From: Octopus sinensis
Taxonomy: Eukaryota
Length of the DNA stretch: 64,000 bases
Direction: 5' to 3'
NCBI RefSeq assembly: GCF_006345805.1
Contig: NC_043000.1
Location: 138,198,001 to 138,262,000 of the forward strand
Shown here: positions 48,829 to 61,362 of the stretch, one piece after another
How positions within the stretch are numbered: position 1 is the first letter of the stretch
Layout: each line of letters opens with the position of its first letter
Program-made: the position numbers and the translations under genes
Notes under the pieces: model-generated
The model's database searches: none
Told to the model about the DNA's origin: nothing
What the model saw: only the letters and a program-made list of their open reading frames with translations

Positions 48829-49379
48829 CAACAGTATGCATACATACACAAATGCATAACAAATCCATGCTCAAGGCTTCAGTCAGCTCAAGGCTTTAGT
48901 TGAAGACAATTGCAGTTGGACTAAACCTGAAACTATATAGTTCTTAAACAAGCTTCTTATAGATGTTTTCAATCTAGTTTGGATTCTTTGCCATCAAATT
49001 TGAATTCTTTGCAGTCAAATTTTAATTTTTCAATTGGTGCTCAAGCCTTGAAAAAAAACAAAAGAGTTAAACTACATCAGCCATAAGGGAATACATGTCT
49101 ATCTTATCTAACTCATCCAGTAGAGCCCACCAACTGATATCTGAAAGGTTCGATGAAATAACTCATGAACACTGCAATAGATTCTACCAAAAGATGCTCT
49201 GGTACGTCGACTTGTCTGGAGAAAGGGAGATAATAAATGAATGATTCTTTTTCTATTATTGTCTGAAATAATATGCCAAGGCAACAGTATGCATACATAC
49301 ACAAATGCATAATAAATCCATGCTCAAGGCTTCAGTCAGCTCAAAGTTTTAGTTGAAGACAATTGCAGTTGGACTAAAC
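48829..49379 (+). repeat. 98-bp direct repeat (48829-48926 and 49282-49379)
   Basis: 3 mismatches, offset 453 bp. Confidence 0.9.
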
Positions 49380-51411
49380 ATCTATAACTACACAGCCACA
49401 GAGGTGATGAAAATAAAGTAAAGAAAAGATTTTTTTTTCTTATCATTTTGACAAAGAACTACATTCTTTTAAGATATTTTTAAAGTGGATCTTGGTGAGG
49501 AACATGAATAGAAACTTTTAAGGCATAGAGAAGGCTTCAATTGTTTTTCTTTAATTATTTTTTCTTTAATTTTTGGCTGATTGCTGGATAGAATGCTTTG
49601 TATGATTTATTCTTTATTTGAGCAGAGTTCAAATCTCACTGGGATCAATTTTGCATTTCATCCGTTTGGGGCAAATGAATAAAGAATCTTACACTTAAAT
49701 TGTTACTTCTTTTTCTATCAATTCTATGGCTACTATAATGATTTTTATTCCATTCAGTTGTGTTTTAATTTGCTATAGATATCAAGGGAATATTTATATC
49801 GCAGAGAGAGATCTGGTGTAGTTCTGCAGGTTATCGGTTGATAGCTAAGCTTCATAACATTAACAGACTGAGTAAAATGGTTTAGGGAAACAGCAGAGTA
49901 AAATAAACATTGACTGATTTTTACATTAAGAGCATTACTCATTAAGTGAGAATTAATCTTAAATGTTGCTGCAAGCTAGTTGTATTTAATAAAAGGAGAG
50001 AACAGTAAAGAAATATTCAGTGATGATCAGTATAAATTAGGCTCTGCAGATGGTAAGATAACATACAGAGGCATCCAGTGAGAAGATAATCTATAAAAAT
50101 GCTCAGCTGACTGTTAACAGCATGAATGATGCATGGCTGAATGGACTTTTGCCTGGTATTATAAAGACAATGATTTGGAGATAAGAAATAAAAAGTTATT
50201 AGTAATACTGGGAAAATTCCTTAAGAAGCAAATACTAATTACAACTAAATGAGTATCAATAATTTAAAACTGAAAATTATTAATTTACATCGGAATAAAA
50301 ATAAACAGAAACAAAACCATTGCCTTGGAGCAAACCAAATCAGCATAATTTAGTAATCTAGTGAAGTGTAGGAATACAGTATGTTAAAAAAAAAACAACA
50401 ACAAAAACCAAGCTTATCAAATGGACAGAACAAAAGCGCCAACAATCAACAAGAAGTTAGAGTTGCAATCAGAAACAGTTACTGTAAGAGATTACCTTCA
50501 TATTTTTATATTATGTATTCATATCAGAATTATATACAATGCAAGTGAGTTTTTTTTTTCTTTGTTTGTTTTAGTTTTCAAGAGAAATGTTGTATTGAGA
50601 TAGTGAAACAGAAAGCAAGTTACCATGGGAACTGATATTAATTGCAATGTGCATTTAAATTTTTATTATTCATGTAGTTTTTGTGCTTAGTTATTGTTTT
50701 GTTTTAGGTGAATTTTAAAAATAAATTTATATTTTATAATTTGATTTGCTTTTTGTCTCATTTATGGTTCTGTTAAATTTCCATTTCTATACTCTACATT
50801 TAATACAGTTTCCTCCTTCAACAATAAATTGCCAGAACATGTTTAAAATTGGGCTGAAAAATCAATAAGTCCCTCTTATATTTTCTTTATACTTATTTCT
50901 GTGTTTTCTTATTTATGGTGATATTCTACATAATTATATAACTATGTAATTTGGAGATCAGCACGCTACTTGTAGTTTTCTCAGCTTGCAGTTTAGCTAA
51001 TGAGTACAGCCTGTTAGATAATTTCATCTACTAACCTTCCAAAGCCACTTAATTGCACAGTTTGTAGAAAATGATTATATGTTCTGGCAATCAATGGCTA
51101 AAATTCATATTTGTCATATGTCCTTCAACAGAATTTAATAATGCAGGATAGCTGAAGGAGCTTTTGTCATACAGTATATTTTAGATGAACAATTATATAT
51201 ATTCTAGTGGCTCAGTATCATATTTTTATATTAAAATCAGAAATATACCTAAGAAATGTGGACAAAACATTAGGTTTCTAATCAATGGGATTTTGAACAA
51301 GAAAACTGAGCTAAGGGAAATAACTAAAATATGCCGATGGCATGGTTTGAAATAAACTAAATATAGATGGATGTACTGAATGACATATGCAAAAATATTC
51401 TTAATGAATTG

Positions 51412-54285
51412 TACAAGATTTTCTGGGCAGGGAACACTGATGGGGTTGGTGGCGTGGGTATACTTATCGCTGAGAAATGGATAGATAGAGTAATTGAGGT
51501 AATCAGAGTAAGTGACAGAATACTTAAGATTAGAATAGTGCTTCATAATAGATTAGCAACCATTATATCGGCCTATGCCCCTCAGCCAGGGCTACCCGAT
51601 GGACAGAAAGACAGTTTCTATGACACCCTACTGCAGACCACCTCATTGACGAACGACAGGGACCTTCTCTTTGTGGCTGGTGATTTCAATGGGCATGTTG
51701 GACGACATGCTGGGGGCTTCCATGGCGTGCATGGAGGCTACGTTTATGGTTCCCGCAACGAGGAGGGAACCAGGCTGCTGGAGTTCTGCGATGCGAATAG
51801 TCTTATGATCTGCAACACTAACTTCAGGAAACCAACAAGCCACCTGGTCACCTACCGATCGGGCCGGCATACTAGCCAAATCGACTACATCCTCGCCAGA
51901 AAAAGGGAAAGATGGCTGCTTATAAATGCCAAAACCTTCCCAGGCGAAGAATGCACCCCACAACATAGACTGGTAGTTAGTGACTTTAGGATCAGGACTA
52001 AGAGGGCGACTAGAAGACGACCAACATGGAGAAGAAGGGTCTGGAAGCTTAAAGACCCTGCGAATGGACAGAGATTTAGAGATATGTTACTTGAAGCCTT
52101 TGACGAAGTGGAAGTGGGTATAGCTACACATGGGGTAGAAGACAACTGGACGTTTCTGAGGGACAACCTGCTGAAAGCCGCTGACCAGATCTGTGGCTGG
52201 TGCAAAGTCCCCTTAAGACCCAAAATTACATGGTGGTGGAACAATATTGTTGATAGGGCTATTAGACAAAAGAAACAGGCTTGGAAGGCCTGGAAGAACG
52301 GTGGTAGCAGGGAAGGTATCAGACTGCCAGAAGGGAAGCCAGGAGACAGGTCTATCTAGCCAGAGGGGAAGCAGATAAAAGAAAATTTGCCAATGTCCTG
52401 CGCCGTGAGGATGAAAGACTTGAGGTATTTCGTGTTGCAAGACAGTGTGTGAGAGAGAATCGAGATGTGGTAGGAGAGAAATGTGTTTGCATGGAGGATG
52501 GTTCACTTGCGCTAAATGAGGATGCAAAGAGAGAAGCTTGGAGACGCCACTATGAAAGGTTGCTGAATGAGGAAAATGAATGGGATAAAGAGAGTCTGCC
52601 GAATGTTGACCCAACAGAGGGACCAGCTATCCGAGTTGATAGTTCCGTGGTAGCTAAGGCAATTAGAAGCATGAAGACAGGGAAAGCCCCAGGCCTATCA
52701 GGAATTACTGCAGAGATGCTCAAAATATCTGGTAGTGTCAGCTATAGCATAGTCACCCGTATAGTTAACCAGGTGATACACGATGGAGTCATACCCAATG
52801 ACTGGTGTAGCAGCATAATAGTCAACTGCTACAAAGGTAAAGGCGATGCCCTAGATACAAATAACTACAGGGGCATCAAGCTGTTGGATCAGGTAATGAA
52901 GGTTACGGAGAGGGTTATAGCCCAGTTAATTAGAGAGAGAGTTAGCTTAGATGATATGCAGTTTGGGTTCATGCCAGGGAAAAGTACTACTGATGCTATA
53001 TTCTGGTAAGACAGCTGCAGGAGAAATACCTAGCCAAAGGTAAGCCCTTGTACCTGGCTTTTGTTGACTTAGAGAAAGCCTTTGACAGGGTCCCCCGATC
53101 CCTTATCTGGTGGTCAATGAGGAAACTAGGGATAGATGAATGGTTAGTGAGAGCTGTGCGAGCCATGTACAGAGACGCAGCTACTAAGGTGAGGGTTGGC
53201 AACGAGTACAGTGAAGAATTCCGGGTAGAGGTTGGGGTCCACCAAGGTTCAGTCCTCAACCCCCTCCTATTTATCATAGTCCTCCAGGCAATAACGGAAG
53301 AATTTAAGACAGGATGCCCCTGGGAGCTCCTATATGCTGATGACCTTGCTCTAATTGCTGAGTCACTATCAGAACTGGAGGAGAGGTTTCAGGTGTGGAA
53401 ACAAGGATTAGAATCGAAGGGCCTTAGAATCAACCTAGCCAAAACCAAAGTCCTAATAAGTAGGAAGGTGGACCAACCACAAACGACTTCAGGTAGATGG
53501 CCCTGCTCGATCTGTAAAAAAGGTGTAGGTAGAAACTCTATAAGATGCACCAAGTGTAAGCTATGGACACATAAGAGGTGCAGCAATGTCAAAGGAAGGC
53601 TAACTAAGAAAATAGTTTTTGTCTGTGGCAGATGCTCAAGAGAAATAAACACTGGAAATGTGCAGAGACCAACTTCTACCACGTTCCAGGGAGACAAACT
53701 AGAAGTAGTTGATAGCTTCCGCTACCTAGGAGACCAAGTCAGTAGCGGGGGGGGTGTGCTGAAAGTGTAACTGCTAGAGTAAGAATAGCCTGGGCAAAGT
53801 TTAGAGAGCTCTTACCCCTGCTGGTGACAAAAGGCCTCTCGCTAAGAGTAAAAGGCAGACTATATGATGCGTGTGTACGTACAGCCATGCTACATGGTAG
53901 TGAAACATGGGCCGTGACAGCTGAGGATATGCGTAAGCTTGCAAGAAATGAAGCCAGTATGCTCCGATGGATGTGTAATGTCAGTGTTCATAATCGTCAG
54001 AGTGTAAGTACTTTGAGAGAAAAGTTGAACCTAAGAAGTGTCAGTTGTGGTGTGCAAGAGAGACGGCTGCGCTGGTATGGTCATGTGACAAGAATGGCTG
54101 AAGATAGTTGTGTGCAAAAGTGCTACACCCTAGCAGTTGAGGGAACCTGTGGAAGAGGTAGACCCAGGAAAACCTGGGACGAGGTGGTGAAGCACGGCCT
54201 TCGAACTTTAGGTCTCACCAAGGAAATGACTGAAGACCGAGTCCTATGGAAGTGTGCTGTGCATGAGAGGACCCGGCAGGACTAG
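51412..54285 (+). pseudogene. RTE APE-RT ORF lacking its N-terminus, broken by 3 frameshifts (~52315, ~53005, ~53750)
   Basis: ORF-track pieces 51367-52359, 52449-53009, 53048-53770 and 53824-54285 join into one RTE-like protein with small indels. The bridging frames are open (YQTARREARRQVYLARGE, FLVRQLQEKYLAK, GCAESVTARVRIAW). I saw no in-frame stops in the joined frame. The third shift lies in a G8 run. Confidence 0.9.
53504..53635 (+). other. C4HC3 PHD-type zinc finger encoded inside the RT, between ...RINLAKTKVL and ...VDSFRYLG
   Basis: CSIC-x10-CTKC-KLWT-H-KR-C-x14-CGRC matches the PHD spacing C-x2-C...C-x2-C-x4-H-x2-C...C-x2-C, including the Trp before the His. Confidence 0.8.
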
Positions 54286-57200
54286 TCAGGCCATATCCCG
54301 TGGCCCCTACCTGGGACGTAGTCGATCCACCTGTGCATACCTTCCTTCTTGTGACACTTGTGAAGACCTGCTGAGGCAAGTGAAAATCAATCAAAATAGA
54401 TGAACATCAATGGAATTTGTATCTTTGTGGTACCAGTGCCTGTGGCACACAAGAAAACCATCCGAACGTGGCCGTAGCCAGTACCGCATCGACTCGCCTC
54501 CGTGTTGTGGGAACATGGTGGCACATAAAAACACCATCCGAAGACCCGGCAAGACTAGTCAGGTCATAACCCGTGGGCCCTACCTGGGACGTAGTCAGTC
54601 CACCTGTACATACCTTCCTTCTTGTGACACTTGTGAAGACCTGTTGAGGCAAGTGAAAATCAAAATCAAAACAAATCAAAATAGATGAACATCAATGGAA
54701 TTTGTATCTTTGTGGTACCAGTGCCGGTGGCACACAAGAATCCATCCGAACGTGGCCGTAGTCAGTACCGCTTGTGGTACCAGTGCCGGTGGCACACAAG
54801 AGTCCATCCGAACGTGGCCGTAGTCAGTACCGCATCACTGGCCATCGTGCTGTGGGCACATAACAAACACCATCCGGTCGTGGCCGTTCGCCAGCCTCAT
54901 CTAGCACCTGTGTCGGTGGCACATAAAAAGTAGTCAGTACCGCTTGTGGTACCAGTGCCGGTGGCACACAAGAATCCATCCGAACATGGCCGTAGTCAGC
55001 ACCGCATCACTGGCCATCGTGCTGTGGGCACATAACAAACACCATCCGGTCGTGGCCGTTCGCCAGCCTCATCTAGCACCTGTGTCGGTGGCACATAAAA
55101 ACACCATCCGAAGACCCGGCAAGACTAGTCAGGCCATAAACCATGGCCCCTACCTGGGACGTAGTCAGTCCACCTGTGCATACCTTCCTCCTTGTGATAC
55201 TTGTGAAGGCCTGTTGAGGCAAGTGAAAATCAAAATCAAAATCAAAATCAAAACAAATCAAAATAGATGAACATCAATGGAATTTGTATCTTGTGGTACC
55301 AGTGCCTGTGGCACACAAGAAAACCATCCGAACGTGGCCGTAGCCAGTACCGCATCGACTCGCCTCCGTGCTGTGGGAACATGGTGGCACATAAAAACAC
55401 CATCCGAAGACCCGGCAAGACTAGTCAGGTCATAACCCGTGGGCCCTACCTGGGACGTAGTCAGTCCACCTGTACATACCTTCCTTCTTGCGACACTTGT
55501 GAAGACCTGTTGAGGCAAGTGAAAATCAAAATCAAAACAAATCAGAATAGATGAACATCAATGGAATTTGTATCTTTGTGGTACCAGTGCCGGTGGCACA
55601 CAAGAATCCATCCGAACGTGGCCGTAGTCAGTACCGCTTGTGGTACCAGTGCCGGTGGCACACAAGAATCCATCCGAACGTGGCCGTAGTCAGTACCGCA
55701 TCACTGGCCATCGTGCTGTGGGCACATAACAAACACCATCCGGTCGTGGCCGTTCGCCAGCCTCATCTAGCACCTGTGTCGGTGGCACATAAAAAGTAGT
55801 CAGTACGCTTGTGGTACCAGTGCCGGTGGCACACAAGAATCCATCCGAACATGGCCGTAGTCAGCACCGCATCACTGGCCATCGTGCTGTGGGCACATAA
55901 CAAACACCATCCGGTCGTGGCCGTTCGCCAGCCTCATCTAGCACCTGTGTCGGTGGCACATAAAAACACCATCCGAAGACCCGGCAAGACTAGTCAGGCC
56001 ATAAACCATGGCCCCTACCTGGGACGTAGTCAGTCCACCTGTGCATACCTTCCTCCTTGTGATACTTGTGAAGGCCTGTTGAGGCAAGTGAAAATCAAAA
56101 TCAAAATCAAATCAAAACAAATCAAAATAGATGAACATCAATGGAATTTGTATCTTGTGGTACCAGTGCCGGTGGCACACAAGAGAAAACCATCCGAAAG
56201 TGGCCGTAGCCAGTACCGCATCGACTGGCCTCCATGCTGTGGGCACATGACAAACACCATCCGATCGTGGCCGTTCGCCAGCCTCATCTAGCACCTGTGT
56301 CGGTGGCACAAAAACACCATCCGAAGACCCGGCAAGACTAGTCAGGCCATAACCCATGGCCCCTACCTGGGACGTAGTCAGTCCACCTGTGCATTCCTTC
56401 CTTCTTGTGACACTTGTGAAGACCTGTTGAGGCAAGTGAAAATCAAAATCAAAATCAAAACAAATCAAAATAGATGAACATCAATGGAATCTGTATCTTT
56501 GTGGTACCAGTGCCGGTGGCACACACTTTGTGGTACCAGTGCCGGTGGCACACAAGAGAACCATCCGAACGTGGCCGTAGCCAGTTCCGCATCGACCGGC
56601 CTCTGTGCTGTGGGCACGTAACAAACACCATCCGATCATGGCCGTTCGCCAGCCTCATCTGGCACCTGTGTCGGTGGCACATAAAAACACCTTCCGAAGA
56701 CCCGGCAAGACTAGTCAGTCCACCTGTGCATACCTTCCTTCTTGTGACACTTGTGAAGACCGGTTGAGGCAAGTGAAAATCAAAATCAAATCAAATCAAA
56801 ATAGACAAAATAGATGAACATCAATGGAATTTGTATCTTGTGGTACCAGTGCCTGTGGCACACAAGAAATCCATCAGTGCTGTAGTCAGTGCGGTGGGCA
56901 CATGACAAACACCATCCGATCATGGCCGTTCGCCAGCCTCATCTAGCACCTGTGTCGGTGGCACATAAAAACACCATCCGAAGACCCGGCAAGACTAGTC
57001 AGGCCATAACCCATGGCCCCTACCTGGGACGTAGTCAGTCCACCTGTGCATACCTTCCTTCTTGTGACACTTGTGAAGACCTGTTGAGGCAAGTGAAAAT
57101 CAAAACAAATCAAAATAGATGAACATCAATGGAATTGTATCTTTGTGGTAACACAAGAAAACCATCCGAACGTGGCCGTAGCCAGTACCGCATCGACTGG

Positions 57201-57415
57201 CCTCCGTGCTGTGGGCACGTAACAAGCACCATCCGATCGTGGCCCTTTGCCAGCCTCATCTGGCACCTGTGTCGGTGGCACATAAAAACACCATCCGAGC
57301 GTGGCCGTCTGCCAGCCTCGTCTGGCACCTGTGTCGGTGGCACATAAAAAACACCATCCGAGCGTGGCCATTTGCCAGCCTCGTCTGGCACCTGTGTCGG
57401 TGGCACATAAAATCA
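54270..57415 (+). repeat. Higher-order tandem array forming the LINE 3' UTR
   Basis: 8 copies of a module starting GACCCGGCA(A/G)GACTAG at about 54270, 54543, 55112, 55409, 55978, 56325, 56699 and 56983. About 30 GTGCC-N3-GGCAC-type hairpins by hand count. An ~866-bp near-identical tandem block spans ~54405-55270 and ~55270-56135. Confidence 0.95.
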
Positions 57416-59937
57416 CCCACTACACTCTCGGAGTGGTTGGCGTTAGGAAGGGCATCCAGCTGTAGAAACACTGCCAGATCTGACTGGACTGGTGCAGCTT
57501 TCGGGCTCCCCAGACCCCAGTTGAACCGTCCAACCCATGCTAGCATGGAAAGCGGACGTTAAATGATGATGATGATGATGATGATGAATTGAAATATTCT
57601 CCTTGGTTGGAGAAGGCTCACGAAATTCTAGCAGTGTTCATTAGTGACACAAAAGAAAGGGGGAGATAATTTCAATAGGGCTGCAGTATTAACATCCAAC
57701 AGGCATTTTTGAACAATGGATGTAACTATATTTAAGTAATGTAACCGCGATGATATTGAAAGAATTACTTTTGATGTTTGGATTATTTGATAAATAAGAA
57801 TGTTTAAGACATGGGAATAAACCAGAATTTTTATAGCAATTTACATGGACTTTATCAGCTTCATGTATTCCAGGTCCAAGAAGAATTAAAGTTTTGGTGA
57901 AAGGATTTTCTCTAGGAGTATGATCCCTACTGGAATATTATATATATATATATATAGCAATCCAATATCTTAGATATAAAGACGTTATTGCTTGCTTCCT
58001 ATTTTCCATCTGCTATAGATTCTGACTACCAGAGAAGTGCAATAAATAAGGATCCGGAATCAATCACTTTCAAATAAAATATGTTTGATTTGATCTGTTT
58101 GTAACAATTGAAATTATTTATGGAAAGATGTACTACCAAAACTGTCAATAAAACAAAATGCATGACAAATATTTGTTTGGTGAGCACAGTCACGCACACA
58201 GGCACACACACACACACACACGCACACACACACACTCACACACACTCACACACATGCACACATGCGATGGCAGCAACTCAGTATCAAGCAATGCCATCTC
58301 TTAGATTTAATTGTTCTCTTAAAGTAGCATGGATGTGGCTTTTCAGTTTTCCAATACTGCTATAGGCCTGCACACTTTTGCACAGATGTGGAAACGATGG
58401 ACACCTCTGGAAGCAAGTGTTCATAGATATTCCACCTATGTTGACACATTCCTTAATTTCATCATGAAATTTTCCATTTAGTGTTTTGCCTTTTTTAGTT
58501 ACTGTCAGTCATATTATACAACACATAATAGAAATGTTAAGAAAATTAATCCTATGCCAGAGGTTTCTGCTTAAGTGATGGAAGACCTTGTAGTGAGCCA
58601 ACCCCACATCTAAACAACGTATTCATTTTCTGAAAAGAGCAAGATTGTGTCACAGAAAGCTAACAAAGCCTCTGGTCTTATTTCAGAGTTTTCATCGTCC
58701 TATAGAGATATCCAAAGAAAGATTAGGTCATGCCTAGCTATTGGATGGCTGTTGAGCCTACTGAGATTTTATTTCTTGTCCTGTAGGGTATACATACAAT
58801 TCAACATGTGCAACTGTTTCTCCAGACACATTGTTTTGTTTCTCTCCTCATCTGTTTCCTCTTCTCATTGCTTTCTGCAGAAGAGTGTAGACTCGAAATG
58901 TTAAAGAATTCTCCTATTTCTCCTGAATGTCAAACTAATACACCCTCTTCCTTGTTCCTTCACTTGTCTCTGACTTTTGGTTTTTTTGTCTCTGACTTTT
59001 TGTACCATTTTGAACCATATATATGTCTGTGTATGATGATGATGATGACAATGATGACTTTCCCCTCATGACCAAGGAAGACCATCACTGGTCATTGCCT
59101 ATGCAAAATGCCAGCAATGCTCATCCAAGGGGTTCACATTTACAGCTTCCATGCTCAACATGGCACCCTCCTGCTCCACAAGGAATCTAATAGTCACCTC
59201 ACTGACAATTGCACAACCTAAACTTTTGGGTGTAATAAGGCTTTCACAGAAGCTCTCAAACCTTCTCCACCCCTACTGACATGACCAAGAGACAGGCCAG
59301 GGCAAGATATCCAGTTTCAAAATGGATCACAGGATCAGGTGTGTGGGAGTGCCATAACATCAAGCCCAAGTAAAACATCTTCAAAATGTTCAATAACATT
59401 CCCTACATATCTCATTTTATATAACAGAGTGATTATATCCTAGAGACATGCTTTAGCAAAAGTTAAGGGGTACTTCACTCCAGCATGCTGGACACCAGCT
59501 CAAAATTTCTGAGGACTTGTGCTATTGACAGATAGTTCTTGAACCAACACGAGGTTCAGCTGCCCTTTTGACAGATTTTGTTTTTAGTCCTGCTGGGTTT
59601 CTAGTAACCACTCCCTCATCATGATGACCTAATCAGGCAACAGGTTGTACTGGATTTCACGTTACCAGTAGCTCTCATGAGAGGCCTCACAATTGACAAC
59701 ACATATGCACACACACACACACACAGATACAGGTGGCCTAGGGGTTTGGATGTCATACTCACTATTATTAGATTATGGGTTTGATTCTCAGACTGAGCAG
59801 TGCATTGTGATCTTGAGCAAAACACTTCATTTCATGTTACTTTGCATTCATTTTGACATCTGATATGTGGCACACTTGTGCACATGTATATATCGATGTG
59901 ATGTGGGGGGAGTGAACTAATTTACAACACATACATT

Positions 59938-60342
59938 TACTCTTTTACTTGTTTCAGTCATTTGACTGTGGCCATGCTGGAGCACCGCCTTTAGTCAAGC
60001 AAATCGACTCCAGGACTTATTCTTTGTAAGCTTAGTACTTATTCTATCGGTGTCTTTTGCTGAACCGCTAAATTACGGGGACGTAAACAGACCAGCATCG
60101 ATTGTCAAGCGACGTTGGGGAGGGGACAAATACATACACACAAACATATACACACACTTACATATATATATATATATATACATATATACGATGGGCTTCT
60201 TTCAGTTTCCATCTACCAAATCCACTCACAAGCTTTTGGCCAATCCGAGGCTATAGTAGAAGACACTTGCCCAAGGTGCCCCACAGTGGGACTGAACCCA
60301 GAACCATGTGGTTGTTAAGCAAGCTACTTACCACACAGCCAC
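59938..60342 (-). mobile_element. SINE-A
   Basis: Near full-length match. Confidence 0.9.
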
Positions 60343-61308
60343 AGATGGACATTGCTCCAGCAAAGTAAATCATTAATGCCAACAGGCTGAGTACATCAAC
60401 AGTCCATAAATATATATACGGCCAGCTTGCTCTCTGTAGTAGAATTCTTAATGATCATGATTCATTCTAATGACTAATTTGTTAGTCTCAGCACCCTTGT
60501 ACATATGGGTATTCATATGCATAAATAATTATATATATGAAATTATATATACATATAAATTATATATATATATATATATGTTATGTTTAACTTGTTTCTG
60601 TAATCAGACTGCAGTCAAGTTGGGGCACAGCCATTATATTTATATATATATAATTATATAATTACATAATTATATATAGTATACACATCAGAGAATTAAA
60701 CATATTCTAATAATTGGAGGTGCCCCTGGATTTCATACACCACAGATATGCTTTTCGATTAGCAATGCTTTCCCGTATATATACTCAAGTGTATTTGCTT
60801 TCCCAAATGAATTGCACTTCAGGTTCAAAGCTGTGATGAAGCTGTAAGGTGGTACTCAGCCACACAACTACGAGTCCACCATATTGTATAGCAGTAAGCT
60901 AGTGAGAGTCATAAGATAATCATTTATTCCTTTGACATCTTTTTCCCTTTTTCAAATATAAAAATACAGACAGTCTGATAGATAGATAAATCTCTATGTA
61001 TACATTATATGCATATTAATGTTGATTTAATATCTGTTACGTGATTAACAAGATAAAAGAGGATCTTTAAATGAGCAAAATATTGATCTACTCTCTCAAC
61101 TCACTTCTCTAATCTGTTGCATATATATATATATCTAGTATAACCAGCTGAAATTGCATAGATAATCTGGAACTCAACTGAGGATACAAAACTCCGAATG
61201 ATCCGTCCTTGTTTTCTTTGTATCGTCTGTCTAGATGTTTTGTGTTCTGGTCCCATTTTTGTATTTTATATATGTATATATGTATATATATATGTGTATA
61301 TATGTATG

Positions 61309-61361
<53 letters not shown>

Positions 61362-61362
<1 letters not shown>

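Larger units (their letters stand above)
51412..57583 (+). mobile_element. 5'-truncated RTE-clade non-LTR retrotransposon (APE-RT with PHD-type insert), about 3.3-kb tandemly expanded 3' UTR, (ATG)n tail
   Basis: APE motifs (GVGILI, SAYAPQ, GDFNGHVG, SQIDYIL), RT motifs (KAPG, NYRGIKLL, QFGF, FVDLEKAFDRVPR, HQGSVL, LLYADDL) and RTE-type C-terminus (RLRWYGHV, GRGRPRKTW). Ends GGACGTTAA(ATG)n. ATGAATTG occurs at both 51404-51411 and 57584-57591, read as an 8-bp TSD. Confidence 0.95.

Noticed and set aside
51643-53697. Antisense ORFs within the LINE
   Set aside because: Shadow frames of the GC-richer RT coding sequence with no independent motifs.
54367-54390. Hammerhead in the UTR module (CTG(C/T)TGAGGCAAGTGAAA)
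   Set aside because: A6 is missing, there is no helix II between the core and GAAA, and no helix I or III complementarity.
54270-57415. CRISPR-like repeat-spacer array
   Set aside because: The segments between hairpins are themselves repeated and related, there are no cas genes, the context is eukaryotic, and the array lies inside a LINE bounded by a TSD.
59060-59690. Ancient LINE relics (FGHVSR-like on the minus strand; also KANKASGLI near 58650)
   Set aside because: Only isolated short motifs, too degraded to call as features.
61178-61215. CTGAGGA...CCGAATGATC as a hammerhead
   Set aside because: The core heptamer is present, but helix II overlaps it, GAAA is broken and helix I does not pair.
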